This document shows positions 25,379 to 38,622 of a stretch of 64,000 nt of DNA, piece by piece (the stretch's first letter is position 1; each line of letters starts with the position of its first letter). The DNA is from Octopus bimaculoides (Eukaryota). The stretch lies in contig NC_068997.1 in NCBI RefSeq assembly GCF_001194135.2, positions 4,892,207 through 4,956,206 on the forward strand, written 5' to 3'. Under the pieces are notes generated by a model. The model saw only the letters and a list, made by a program, of their open reading frames with translations, made no database searches and had not been told where the DNA came from. A program made the position numbers and the translations under genes.

Positions 25379-28109
25379 ATATATATAAATTAAACAGAAA
25401 CTGGTGAAATACATCAATTATTATTTTTTAATTCAATTCAAATAGACTATATATATATATATATATATACAACAGGCTTCTTTCAGTTTCCATCTACCAC
25501 ATCTGCTCACAAGGCTTTGGTTGGCCTGAGGCTATAGTAGAAGACATTTGCCCAAGGTGCCACACAGTGGGACTGAACCTGGAGCCATGTGGTTGGGAAG
25601 AAAGCTTCTTTACCACACAGCCATATCTGTATGTTTGGAATACTGTTAATACACGCTTTTGGTAATATCCAGCCAATTATCTGTAACATAAGTTACTAAT
25701 AGATGGTGACAGACAAAAAAGAAAAGTTTAATTTTCATGCCTAAAGAACTTACGAAAGATTCTAGAATGTTTTGGCAGACATATGAAGAACTTGGGATCT
25801 AGAGCTCCTGAGGGACTTTGCACACTGAAGTTGACAGCCGTGTTTTTAGATCTATGTTTAATAAGATCATTTTAATTCCTCAATATTTTCTCTAAGAAAT
25901 TATTCCTGTTGTGACCATCAACTATCTTCTAATTGATATGAGATACATTGCTGCTCTTATCATTTGATAATTTCATCATTTCTTGATTCACAGACATAAC
26001 TAATAAATCGTACATTATGTAAGTTTAAAACGTTTAGTTTTATAAACAAACACTGTTGAAGAAAATTCTTTCTTCTACTAATTATTCAACATGTAAAATA
26101 TAGCACAACAGATGTGTTAAGTTTCAAATCATCTGGCTGAAATACCCTATTGCAAAGATAACTGCATACCATCTTTGAGTACCATTTTGAATATCGTATT
26201 CTGCACTGTTCTTTAGCTCCATTTTTATCAAATTCTCAAAAATGATAACCTTCGATAGATTCAGTCATACTTTGTTTGGTCTGGTGATAAGAGCCTTGCC
26301 CTTTCAGCAGGCATCATTTATTTTTGAGAGAAAATTAATTACCTTATCACAGACCTTTTACAGATAAAATTCTTAGTTTCAAATTTCAGAGGTTTAGCCC
26401 CAATGCCAAAACTTCCCATACGGTCATCATGCCTGCCTAACGTAAGCAGAAATCTGTAATTTGCTTTTCACTGTTATTATCCTGAAGAAATTTTTCTGTT
26501 AATGCAGCAGCCATGCCTTTGACATTTCTGGGTCATTAACTTGAAGTGCAACTTATGCAAATAGTGTCATTGCTACGAATTATAAACTTTTATGTTCACA
26601 GGTTTTATTCAGCTAGATGCTATATTAAATATTGTCAGATACAAAACATATTAGTGTATGTATTAACAATGAATACCATATTCCACTTTTCACAAGATGC
26701 AAGTGGTTAATACGCGCAATATTTTCTAGATACTTTCGTTTTTGTTAACTGTTCCTAGAACTTCAACAATCTGCGAATGAGGTTTTAGTGAAATGAATCC
26801 TAAATAGAGAAATGAAAGCCACGTGATAGGTTAGACTAATAAAATGTGAGCTTTTGATATATTTCAACCGAAATATGCAAAAAGAAACTGGAAAAACATT
26901 TTGAAATTTAAAACCATTAAACATCAACCTAACCCAAGATTCTAGAAACGACACAGATTATTACATCAAAAGGCTAATTGATGATTTCAAATTTTGTCAC
27001 AAGGCCAGCCATTTCGGGAAAGGGGTTAGTCGATTACATCAACGCTTGTGCTCAACTGATGCTTATTTTATCGACCTTGAAAGGTCTTGGAGGAATTTGA
27101 ACTCAGAACATAAATAAGGACAAAATGTCGCTAAGCATTTTCTCCGGCATGATAACAATTATGTTAGTTCGCTGCTTTAAATGGCTAATAATAAACATTC
27201 ATCCTTTTTAACTCATCAGCTAAGTTGATGCAGTTGAACAATGAACATTTATTTATTGAAGAAATGTGTTAAAAAAATTAAATTACACAGGAATTGAAAG
27301 TTTATAAAAATTCAATTCCTTGAAATGAAAAAAAAAATACCGTAAATACATTTGATACTTTTGGCATTGGTTGTTTATAAACACGAAACACAAAGTACTG
27401 TCATTTGAAGTCAACGTGGAAACTAAAGCTTACAAAATTATTATATTTACATAAATCAAATAAACTCACTTTTAAACTACATTTCCCCAATGGAAAAACG
27501 GAACAAAATCTTATTCAATTAAATTGAATTTATTTACATATACAATTAACCGATCCATTTTATATAGAGTTTTGCAATTAACTGAATTATGCACTTAAGG
27601 AGAATCAAAAACAGAATGCAGTAAGAAAATGAAAAGAAATTCTGAACTCCTCAAAGAAACCACTTTTTCTTTCCCTTCTCCCATTGTTTTCTCTCCATGG
27701 TGTGGAGCACCTATTTGTATTCAAATTGTGTGTGTGTGTTCCACATTATATATTTAGTTGTATTCAGAAACTTGGTGACTGTTAGCTAGAGTTCTGTTGA
27801 ACAGAAACAGAAGAGGAGCATCGTACGAGATACGTTAAACAACAACCTTCTAAAAGGACAGTGAACTTCGAATGCCTTCACTGCTCCAAATAACTGTTAC
27901 CTTGTTTAAGATGCTTAAAATTCCTAATGGACCTCCTTGCAAGTTGTATGGCTACAATCTGGGACAGAAGTATCGGGTTTATGAACTGCCATGGATATCA
28001 TAGTAATTTAGTTCTGTCAACTAAATGAAAAACTTAGCTCGTCTTGGAGATAGCGAGATGAAGATATAGAAAACTTGGTGAGTGAACAGCGTGATTTGTT
28101 AGCTTACAT

Positions 28110-28518
28110 CAGTGTTTCTCAACAGAGGTCCATATAGGACTTTTGGTGGATTCACGCAAGCAAAATCGTAAATTGGGGATCCACAGTAGAATTTTAAGGG
28201 TTTATGAAAAAATTTGGTCAATCTCTAGTTTAGGACCCGGTCACAAAATTTACCCCCAAAAATAGTGTAATAGGTGTCCTAAACTAGAGATTAACCAAAA
28301 ACTTTGCTTTAGAAGTATTTATTACAAGAAACAGCAATTTTTCTTTCATAACGTTTTACATAGCTCAATCTACACAAGTAAATGTGACAAACATAATAGG
28401 AATTTTTGAAAGTATCTACAAACTAGTTTTTAAACGTCGAATGGCAATCAGAATCCACCAGAGTGAAATACTAATCAAAAGGGTGAATAGGTAAAAAAAA
28501 AACAGTTGAGACCCACTG
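28110..28518. mobile_element. hAT (Charlie-like) MITE, longer copy of the same family
   Basis: TIRs CAGTGTTTCTCAAC and GTTGAGACCCACTG; decayed TSD GCTTACAT/GTTTAAAT; shares internal motifs (ACAGTAGAATTTTAAGGG-like segment, TGAATGGC, AGGGT...AGGTAAAAAA) with the 56.6 kb copy. Confidence 0.7.
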
Positions 28519-28849
28519 GTTTAAATGAACAGACATTTGAGAGGATCAGAAGTGTCATCCAGCATGGCTAGTCAGAAATTACTGTCAAAGAAGTACCAAA
28601 CTTTTGTGAGTTCACGTGCACTTCTATTTTTGAAATACAAGTCAATATGTAGCCACCAACAGGATATGTAGGATACTGTCAATAATATGAATAAAGATTC
28701 CTATTATACAGCTGAAATAAATACCACTGCCACCACTCTAAAAGAAGGGGGAAATTGTCAGTTTCACTCAGTTCTTTGTTTTGATTACAGTGTGTGTGTG
28801 TGGTAATGTACAAAGAATATAGCATATAGAGCTCAATACGTTGGGTAGT

Positions 28850-31700
28850 CATGAACAGGCCCAGTCCGGGCGAAACTCGAGAAGACTTTGAACATAATTA
28901 ACACCCAGAAACACACCTACGTACATATATACATACGTACGTACGTTAGTAAGTAGGTAGGTAGGTACCTACCTAGTTACAAACGTATGTAGGTAGGTGT
29001 GTGTGTTAATTATATCGAAAGTCTTCTCTTAAGTTCCGCCCGACTGTGCCTATTAGGTAGGGAGGGAGAGAGTTAGCTAGATAGATAGATAAATAATAGA
29101 TAGATAGATAGAGATCAGACGGTTCGGAATTAGCATGAAGAGAGAAAGTGTGAGAAGCGGGAATGGGTGTGTGTGTGCTGCCGAGAATTTTTATTGTCGA
29201 GTAGTTTTCTCCGCTTGATCGGTATAACCAAACTATCAACAGGTTCAACACATACAAGGGTTAGACAAGGAAGATGAAACCTTTACATGTTCTCTCGACC
29301 TGCTAGAAATGGCAGCTAAATCTATCTTACACTACATCATAATGTCTAAAAACGAAAAAAAAAAAAACGGATGACACGTTATATAACTTAGCTGGAGGGT
29401 GGGATGACTATTTGTAAATATAAGTCGGAATTGGTTTGACTGCCACTGATCGCACATCTACTTGAAATTGTTACGGAAATTCGCAAACAAATACTTTCAC
29501 TTATACAATTTCTCCGAAAAATTGTCCAGATATACAATGTCCATGCTGGGTGAAAGTAAAGAATACGTACACCCGGTATTTAGGGTTAGGGTTAGGGTTT
29601 TTGCTACGCTGAAAACGGGTGGTGTACGTATTCTTCATCTCCGCCTCCATACAGTTTGGAATTTTATTGTATAAGGAAGGCTGTCTAGCTGTGACAACCT
29701 TGTTTATTGATGTGGGCCACTTTAGGCTTAGGAGTTCAGAATTTATTACATTTACGTCATTTAAATATGTTCAGGAGTGTGTTGAGAGATTTTGGCTGCT
29801 GTGTTAAGGAGAACTGGTCATTACGATAATGGTGTCTTTGTAAATAAGAGTCTATTTATAAGTTGATATAACGTGTGAGAGATTCTAGATAATATATAAT
29901 TGGTTTCATTCATAATTAGAGTACCAATATATCGCAATATGGTCCTGCGTGCTGTCAGAATCGTTAGCACGCAAAGCAAAATGTTTAGCGGCATTTTGTC
30001 CGTCTGAGCTTTACGTTCTGAGTTCAAATTCCGCCGAGGTCGACCTAGTCTCCCATCCTTTCGGATCGATAAAATAGATACTAGTAGAACACTGGAATCG
30101 ATGTAATCGGTTTACAGCTCCCCTAAAATTGCTGGCCTTGTGTCAAAATTTGAAACTAATATGTTCCAAAATTCATAACGAAACAAAATATTTAGTAATC
30201 GTAAACCCTAACCCTAAGGCACATGCAAATAAATAACAAACATGTACTCCGCATGTTTGAGAACAGAGTCTGTAACATTAAATATTGCGTGGGTGGGTGC
30301 TTCTGTTTGCACCGGTCTAAAGGAAATTCAGTATTACCGTTTATGTCATGTACCGTAGCTTGATTTTTTTTCACTGACAGTGATCTGTACAATAAGTACA
30401 AGACTTAAATGAATACTGGTATCGATATGATTGATGAAAAAAAAACTAAAAGGAGTGTCTCTGTATGGCCGCGGTCCCATAAATGCCAGGCGTCACTACA
30501 AAACCACCTTCTACTTTTGTCCGTGCCAGTAGACGAAATGGTTACATATTTTGTGAATTTTATTTAGTGTTTGCAGTTAGAGTGTATTATGTACACTGAT
30601 GAAACCAAATAAGGTTACGGTTTCATCAGTCTACACAATACACTCTAACCGCGGTCGAGTTCCGGTAACAGTTTACAACATAACGCTACCAACAATACAA
30701 TAATCATCGTCGTCGTTGTCATCAACACTACATTTCATACATTGGCAAGCAATTCTTTCTCCAATACTACCGCTAACTTTTTCTCTCAAACATTGTTTAT
30801 AATTTTAAGCTATAGTTTAATTTTCAGAATGAATAACCTTAATAAAGAATTAAGTGATTAATCATTTTAGTTTAGTAAAATAATAATAGTAAATTCGTAT
30901 ATAGGCCCAAGGCTTGATTATTTGTTTTTCTTTTAGTTGGGTGGTGGTGGAATATTAATGATTTTAACGACCTCAGTACTCGATTAGTTCATTATTTGAT
31001 ATATCCAAGAAAAATGAAAGGTAAAGTTGACACTACGAAATTTGTACTTCGAACAAAGAACACAACTAAATACGACCCGATGCTCTGAGTAACTATACCA
31101 ACGCTTTCATTATAGAATACACATTTCATCGGTTTCATTATTTCGAAAAAGCTTTATTAAAAATAATAAAATCTATTAAAATGTTTTGTCGAAAAAAAAC
31201 TCTTTAGAAGGTTTTATCATTCTTTACACTTTAACTGAAAGTATTCTGTTGGAGGGAGATTTGCCCGGACTAAGCAGAGTATCAGTCTAGATTTGTAATC
31301 CATCTGTTATTGTAGCGGTCCTAGAAAACTGAAAGCTAAAGAGTGGGCAAAAACACCCGTAGAAGTATGTAAAAACGACTTTTCATGAAGGTAATATCAT
31401 AACCACAAAAACGAACTAAAAAAAGTCTAAACATAATTTTCCCATCTTAAACAACAAAATCTTAAAATATCCCTCGGCAAACATAACAAGGTGGCCTCAG
31501 AACAGCGTTAAGAAAACATATTTCGCACTCGAAAAACAAAATCTGATTGAAAATAGTGAAAGTATTCAAAAGTAGAAGCGCTACATTATATTTAAAGATC
31601 GTCGAAAATGAAAGACGACTAGTTTGATCTGAGATAGATTTGGTTGTTTTATGTATTTTTTCTAGTAGAGTAAGCGATCAGGCAGAGACCCCTTCCTAGA
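28850..31700. promoter_or_regulatory. CpG-retaining region; candidate promoter or 5' region of the UPP gene
   Basis: CG dinucleotides look denser than in the flanks (judged by eye); lies upstream of UPP, whose first coding exon starts at a splice acceptor. Confidence 0.3.
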
Positions 31701-32390
31701 TTTGGAGGTGTGTTTGTGGAGTTTAAGTGCTTGAATGATAAAATGGATTACACACAAGCTAACTTGCCAATTCTTTTTTTTTTTTTCAAATAATATTCAA
31801 CATCTTAAAAAGACAGAAAAAGAGAAAGGAGACACTGGATGACGTGGTCCTACGTGAATGAAAAAAGACGGAACTGTTACAGATGGAATGCTTTAGATAA
31901 GACTGTTGAATGAGGACTGGACGGAATTTAAAGGCAATATTAAAACCTGCCCCTACAGGACTGCAAAGATGTATTTACAATTCAAATTACGATAATTTGT
32001 ACTTTTATTTTCATATATAACATATAAACATGTACATCTTTTAGAACATAGATATTGCTGGCAAATTTTTAAATTAACACAAACATTTATTTACAAGAAA
32101 GAAAATTACCGGAGAACTTTCTTAATTTGTACCATGATGTTATTGTCTTATATTGATCATATATTATATTGATTATATATTATTTTATATTGATTATATA
32201 ATTATTTTATATTGATTAATATATTACAAATAAATACCTTTTGCAGATGTGCTTGTAGTGCTTCTCTTGTTTACTTTATTACTGCAGCTGATCAGCACTA
32301 CTTTCATACGTCTTCTCTCTCTCCCTCTCTTTTGTACTTAACTATTTCTCTCTCTCCCTCCCTCTTTCTCTCCTCTCTCTTGTACTTAAC

Positions 32391-32433
<43 letters not shown>

Positions 32434-32671
32434 CGTCCTTGTATTCCTCTTTCTCTCTCTTATGCGTGAGTCTTTCTCTCACTTTTTCACTTCTCTGTAT
32501 TTTCCTCTTTGTCTCTCCGTTTGTGTGTGTTTCTCTCTATTTGCTTGTGTATATGTGTGTATGTATGTATGTATGTATATGTGAGTGTATGTGTTTTTCC
32601 TATTCTTTTAGATATAACACAATAAAAGTAACTCAAGGGTCTGATATTTCGTGAGTAATACTTATCAAATA

Positions 32672-33027
32672 TGTTGTTGTTGTTGGCACTCCGTCGCTTA
32701 CGACGACGAGGGTTCCAGTTGATGAACGGAACAGCCTGCTCGTGAAATTAACGTGCAAGTGGCTGAGCACTCCACAGACACGTGTACCCTTAACGTAGTT
32801 CTCGGGGATATTCAGCGTGACACAGTGTGACAAGGCTGACCCTTTGAATTACAGGCACAACAGAAACAGGAAGTAAGAGTGAGAGAAAGTTGTGGTGAAA
32901 GAGTACAGCAGGGTTCGCCACCATCCCCTGCCGGAGCCTCGTGGAGCTTTAGGTGTTTTCACTCAATAAACACTCACAACGCCCGGTCTGGGAATCGAAA
33001 CCGCGAGTCCGCTGCCCTAACCATTGC
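32672..33027 (-). mobile_element. Young tRNA-headed SINE, third family, with head truncated by a gap
   Basis: Minus strand GCAATGGTTAGGGCAGCGGACTCGCGGTTTCGATTCCCAGACCGGGCG; 3' end CGTCGTAAGCGACGGAGTGCC(AAC)n; CpG-rich. Confidence 0.7.
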
Positions 33028-33474
33028 NNNNNNNNNNNNNNNNNNNNNNNNNNNNNNNNNNNNNNNNNNNNNNNNNNNNNNNNNNNNNNNNNNNNNNNNN
33101 NNNNNNNNNNNNNNNNNNNNNNNNNNNNNNNNNNNNNNNNNNNNNNNNNNNNNNNNNNNNNNNNNNNNNNNNNNNNNNNNNNNNNNNNNNNNNNNNNNNN
33201 NNNNNNNNNNNNNNNNNNNNNNNNNNNNNNNNNNNNNNNNNNNNNNNNNNNNNNNNNNNNNNNNNNNNNNNNNNNNNNNNNNNNNNNNNNNNATAGAATA
33301 AGTATCAAGACTTTAAAATAAAATAATAGGGTCGATTCGTTCGACTAAAATTCAAGGAGGTGCCCCAACATGCTCACAGTCTAACGATTAATAAGAAAAA
33401 GATAAAGGATATTCTCTCTCTCTTTCTCTCTCTCCCTGTCTCTCTCGGCGAAACTTCGAAATCAGTCAACCCAT

Positions 33475-33720
33475 TATATAAATACTTCACACTATATAAA
33501 TATAAACAATATAAATACTTCACACTCTCTATATATAAATATATATACTTCACACTACATAAATATAAACAATATGAATACTTCACACTCTTTATATATA
33601 AATATATATACTTCACACTACATAAATATAAACAATATGAATACTTCACACTCTTTATATATAAATATATATACTTCACACTATATAAATATAAACAATA
33701 TAAATACTTCACACTATATT
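33475..33720. repeat. AT-rich tandem repeat with two alternating units of about 30-33 bp
   Basis: TACTTCACACT anchor recurs 8 times. Confidence 0.85.
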
Positions 33721-34590
33721 ATGTATTGAGTCCCTCCTTGAATCCATTTTTGTTCGTTCTTAGTCATTATAAAAACATGCAGGGGTGGCTGTGTGGTAAA
33801 TAGCTTGCTTACCAACCACATGGTTCCGGGTTCAGTCCCACTGCGTGGCACCTTGGGTAAGTGTCTTCTATAATAACCTCAAGCTGACCAAAGCTTTGTG
33901 AGTGGATTTGGTAGAAGGAAACTGAAAGAAGCCTGTCATGTATATATATGTGTGTGTGTGTGTGTGTGTTTTAAGGGAATTATATTTCCCAATAATACTA
34001 GGTATTGAACCATCCCTTTATGAGGTTAACATATACTCTAATTATATATATATATTATATGAAAATTTAAAAGTTAAAAACCTTATAATATAAATATAAA
34101 CTGTGAGAACGACCCTTAAGGAATCTAGTTAATGATCCCCTAAGGTAAGTTCTTATGCTATATTGGTAACGGTTGCTACATCCTCTGGAAAATTATTATA
34201 TATATATATATATATATTTTAATAATTTAGAGAAGAACCACCATGGAGCAACTCACACGATGAAGGAGATCAGACACCATCAAGAAAAGCGTACTCTACA
34301 AAATACTAGTTTAAAAATCTTAAAAATCTGAGAGAAAATTTGTAATACATAAAATCTATGAAATATTGGACTAAAAATTTAGATCAGTTTAGTAAGTTAA
34401 TAAAAACGAAAGTGGTTGAAAGATTACGCGCGTTTCATGGCCACATAAGAGTGGAAAATATCTGGTCAATCTGCAATGAATCGATCAAGATAAATACTTG
34501 AAAATACCCTCTTCCCAGAATTGAGGTGGTTTCATTGCAAATAAGTCAAAAGTTCAGCTACTATAAATCGGCACGAACTTTCCGGACAAA

Positions 34591-34632
<42 letters not shown>

Positions 34633-35044
34633 TGCACAAATGCATATATATACAAGGAGAATTCACAAAAAAAAACAAAAAGACGAAGACAGGTGTTGTA
34701 GAAAACAAATAGATATATTAGTATAACGCTCGGGAATTTAAAAAGTCTTTAACGTTTTGAGCCTACACTCTTCCACAGAAAGCAATACAGAAAGAAACAA
34801 GGAGAGAAAAAAATATATATATACATGTATATGAATACATGTATATGACTACATGTATATGAATACATGTATATGTATAGCTGTATATGTATACATGTAT
34901 ATGTTTCGATGTATATATACATAGATATAGATGTATATGTATATGTGTAGGTGTGTATATATATATAAATAAAATAAAAAAGCACTAGGCAGTGTCTCAT
35001 ATTTTTGTTTGCCCACTCAGTTGTATCTATCAATCTATCTTTGC

Positions 35045-35090
<46 letters not shown>

Positions 35091-35143
35091 TATTTATATA
35101 ATACACACACATATATACATGTATGTGTATGTGCATATTCATA

Positions 35144-36829
35144 TCTATCATATAAAAGTCAATGTCATTATGTGTGTTCATGTGTTACTTATACATTTGA
35201 AAACTAGTGCACCGATCCTAATGAAATTTGGAACACAAAATCCAAGCCTAGGGAGAAGGGTAATGCTGTGTGATTCATACAATTTCATGGACCAAAATTA
35301 CTGAATGGATCCTTATGATATTTGGAACTTAGATTCAATGCATAAGGGCAGGTATAATGCAGTATGTTTGGTTTGAATTTGAGATGGTTTAAAGGGGGCA
35401 GAACCCTCATGAAAATTCATAAATTTTCGATGTTGAAATTTCAACCATGAGTAATTAACACACATCAAGAAGTATTCTCAAACTTTCCACTTCTCATGAG
35501 AATTCTAAGACCCCCCCCTAATGGGGGCCTTAACTCCCAGATTTTAGTCATTTTTTATGATCCAAAACTAGGTCAAAAGTACTGAATGGATCTTTATGAA
35601 ATTTGGAAATTATATTCTATGCATAAGGGCCATAACCCCCATGAAAATTCATATATTTTGGCTGTTGATGTAATTTTAACCATAGATATTAGACACAAAT
35701 GAAGTAATATTTCTAAAATTTCATCTTCTTAGAAGTTAGAAAGATCCTTTCATGGGGACTTAACACACACAATTTAGTCATTTTATCTAAGCAAAGATGA
35801 ATACAGTTGTACTCTTGGAGCTGTAGGGTCACCCGAGCATAAAAGATGAGCATTATTTGTAATTCAATGGTACAACAGTGTAAGAGTTTGCTTTGAGATA
35901 TGCTTAAATTGTGATTTCTGCAATGTGGTGCATAAATCGTCAAGTAAATGAGAGGTATCTTTGCCTCCACTGATTCAGTTGCGAAGTATTGAGTAAAGTT
36001 ATTTGGTTGCAGACCTCCTTTGAGTCTTTTTATTATCACTGGGTCACACATAATCCCCAGATGGTAACATTGATTTCAAGGCCTTCCCAGATGAATGACT
36101 GGTTATTCAAAGACATTTATAGATTGTAAATTTATTCTGTCCAGTTACCTATCGGTATAGTGGTCGTTTGCAAACTCCAGAGGTGACACTTTCATTTCCC
36201 CTTAACCCTGACATTACACAGTTGTTAATGTTTATTTGAGTTGGTTCACACCTTTCCAATTGCTATAGATCTGTAATACATCTTACGGCTATGTCTGTCA
36301 CCTGTATGGTAAGGAATCCTAGATTGGGGAGTAGTAACGACTAGGGTAGGGTAACTGACTACTTATTGTGATCATTCACCTTTTGGTTTCCTGTAGCTTT
36401 GCTCTTTTACAAACCCAGTGAACATACATATATTTCCTATTTCAAAGAAATTCGAACAATAGATATGAGACCCAAGTTAAAAAGATTCTCAACAATTCAA
36501 CTTCTCTGCTTGACATTAAGACACCCACCCCCAATAGGGGCCTTAACTCCCACATTTTAGAGATCCATGACCCCCATTTTTCAGGAGCAAAATTCTTTTA
36601 ACAGGTTCCATAAGACTGGAATTTTGGAATCTGCGCATAAAGATCAGTAGTATGGGATAAATGTGTCAGGATTAGAATTTTTTAGGGTGTGTAAATAGGG
36701 AAAGAACCCTTATCTGAAATTTTGATGAAATTTGAATCATAGATATTCCAGTTCATTAGAGAAAATATAACAGAAAAGTCGAATTCGTCCATTGCATGTA
36801 ACACGGGCAACGCCAGGTATCTCTGCTAG
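35144..36829 (+). mobile_element. Non-autonomous Helitron
   Basis: Termini A|TCTATCATATAAAAG...ACACGGGCAACGCCAGGTATCTCTGCTAG|T; 3' end closely matches the 50.6-52.1 kb element; internal direct repeats; no coding remnant recognised. Confidence 0.75.
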
Positions 36830-37347
36830 TATGTGTACAGGGACATCCTGTAAATAATATTGTTTGGCTTGTTGCTGTTCAGTCTGCACCCTATGAATTA
36901 TTAAATTATCATTATTGTATGTATACTGTATTTCCAGATACAACCCTTGGCAGCACTTCCAAAATTATCTGTCATATGATAGGTAACACTCTAGTAATGT
37001 AATCTGTCGTTCATTTAAGATATGACTTGAAGAAGTTCACCTGATAATTCTAACAGTTCAAGAGATCACATAGTTACACCCATTGTGATTCATTAACTCC
37101 TAATAACAACTAACATGTTAGAAAATAATTTGTAAGACACTTGACTTTATTAATTGCTTAATGATGCTACTGTATCTTTTTTTTAATTATTTGTAATCTT
37201 TATTTAATTTATACCTTTGTATATTTATTTTTGATTTTTATTGTTATTTTATTAAATAATTCAAGAAATCATTGATGTTTGTGTGACTAACTCTGGAATT
37301 TAATGTTGTTCAAAAAGTACAATTACTATGGCATGTGTATGTATATA

Positions 37348-38622
37348 CAAGAGTAGGCTGAAAAGTTCATAGGCTATGAAGGAGTGATGCTAGAGCTGTG
37401 AAATCTTGCATGATTTAATTTCAACTCTCCTTATTAATAAGTGCATTCCTTACAGGTAAACTGATATCTGACTGTTCAAAGAAGGCTTCAAAAGAAACTA
37501 GTAGTGACTTCTCTTGAAAAATCAACAAAATTTGACATTGTGGTGTTTGTTATGAAGTACCTGCAGGAAAAGGGTTTAGCCTCAATGACATTTATGCTGA
37601 TACGGTTGCTACATCAGGGGATGGCATGCCAGCTTTATAAACAGTGCTAAAAGTGGGCAGCTGAATTTAGGAGAATGGAGAGTTTTGAAGATGACCCAAA
37701 GTTTGGACATCCTGCAACTGCCACCACTGAGGAAAACATTGTGTTCACCACATGGTAATATATGACAGGTGATTAACTATAAATCAAATAGCCAATGCTA
37801 TAAGCATGTTCTGTGAGTGTTGAGAATATTCAGCACAATGAACTTGGTATGATGAAGGTTTCTGCTCAGTGGGTGCCACATTTTCTGACCCATGATCAAA
37901 AGTGCACCAGACTGATCACATTACAGGAAAATCTGACATTGTTTGAGGCAGATCCAGCTGGTTTCCTTGAACATTTTCAAAGCCAGGATAAATGTTGGCT
38001 TCATCACTTTAAGCCATAGACAAAGAGACAATTAATTCAGTGGAAACACCCCTCCTGACCTGCTCCAAAGAAGGCCAAGGTCGTATCATCTGCAGAGAAG
38101 GTGATAGCCTCAGTTGTTTTGAAATGCAAAAGACATTGTGTTTATTAACCATCTTCAAAAGGCCACAACATCAATGGAGAGTATTGTGACAACTTGCTAA
38201 GGCAATTATGAAAGGCTATCAAGACCAAATGCCCAGAAAAACTGACGAAACGGGTTATTTTGTTATTACAATACTCCAGTTCAGTCATGGCTTCAACAGC
38301 TGCTGTGCATGACTGGCTTTGAACTGGTTAATCATCCTCCCTATTCTCCAAATTTGACTCCATCAGACTATCATCTATTCCCCAACATGAAAAAACACTT
38401 GGCTGGGAGCCAATATCGCAATTATGATGATGTCATATCTGTTGTTGATGACTTTTTCCATCCAACAGGATGAAAGCTTCTTCACCAATGGGATGCAAGC
38501 ACTGCAACACCGATGGAAGAAATGTGTGGACTGCAAGGGGGACAATGTAGAAAATTAACCTCAATTAGTCACATTCCATGGGAGTATCTTGGTCAGCTTA
38601 TGAATGTTTCAGCCAACCCTGA
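37348..38622 (+). mobile_element. Full-length decayed Tc1/mariner element (about 1.27 kb)
   Basis: TA flanks; TIRs CAAGAGTAGGCTGAAAAGTTCATAGG and (reverse complement) TCAGGGTTGGCTGAAACATTCATAAG; remnants WVPHFL, CWLHHFKP and HPPYSPNLTPSDYHLFPNMKKHL with stops and frameshifts. Confidence 0.92.

Noticed and set aside
24488-25417. Long ORFs made of X residues
   Set aside because: They only span assembly gaps
26342-26470. Open minus-strand stretch with a GT donor (KANYRFLLTLGRHDDRMGSFGIG...)
   Set aside because: Weak acceptor, no recognisable homology, and neighbouring frames contain stops
28905-29005. Palindromic look around TACG/TAGG runs
   Set aside because: Explained by short tandem repeats (CCTA/TAGG, TACG) rather than a unique stem
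32960-33027. tRNA genes at A/B-box-like motifs
   Set aside because: They are heads of dispersed SINEs, continue into shared bodies, and form no full cloverleaf
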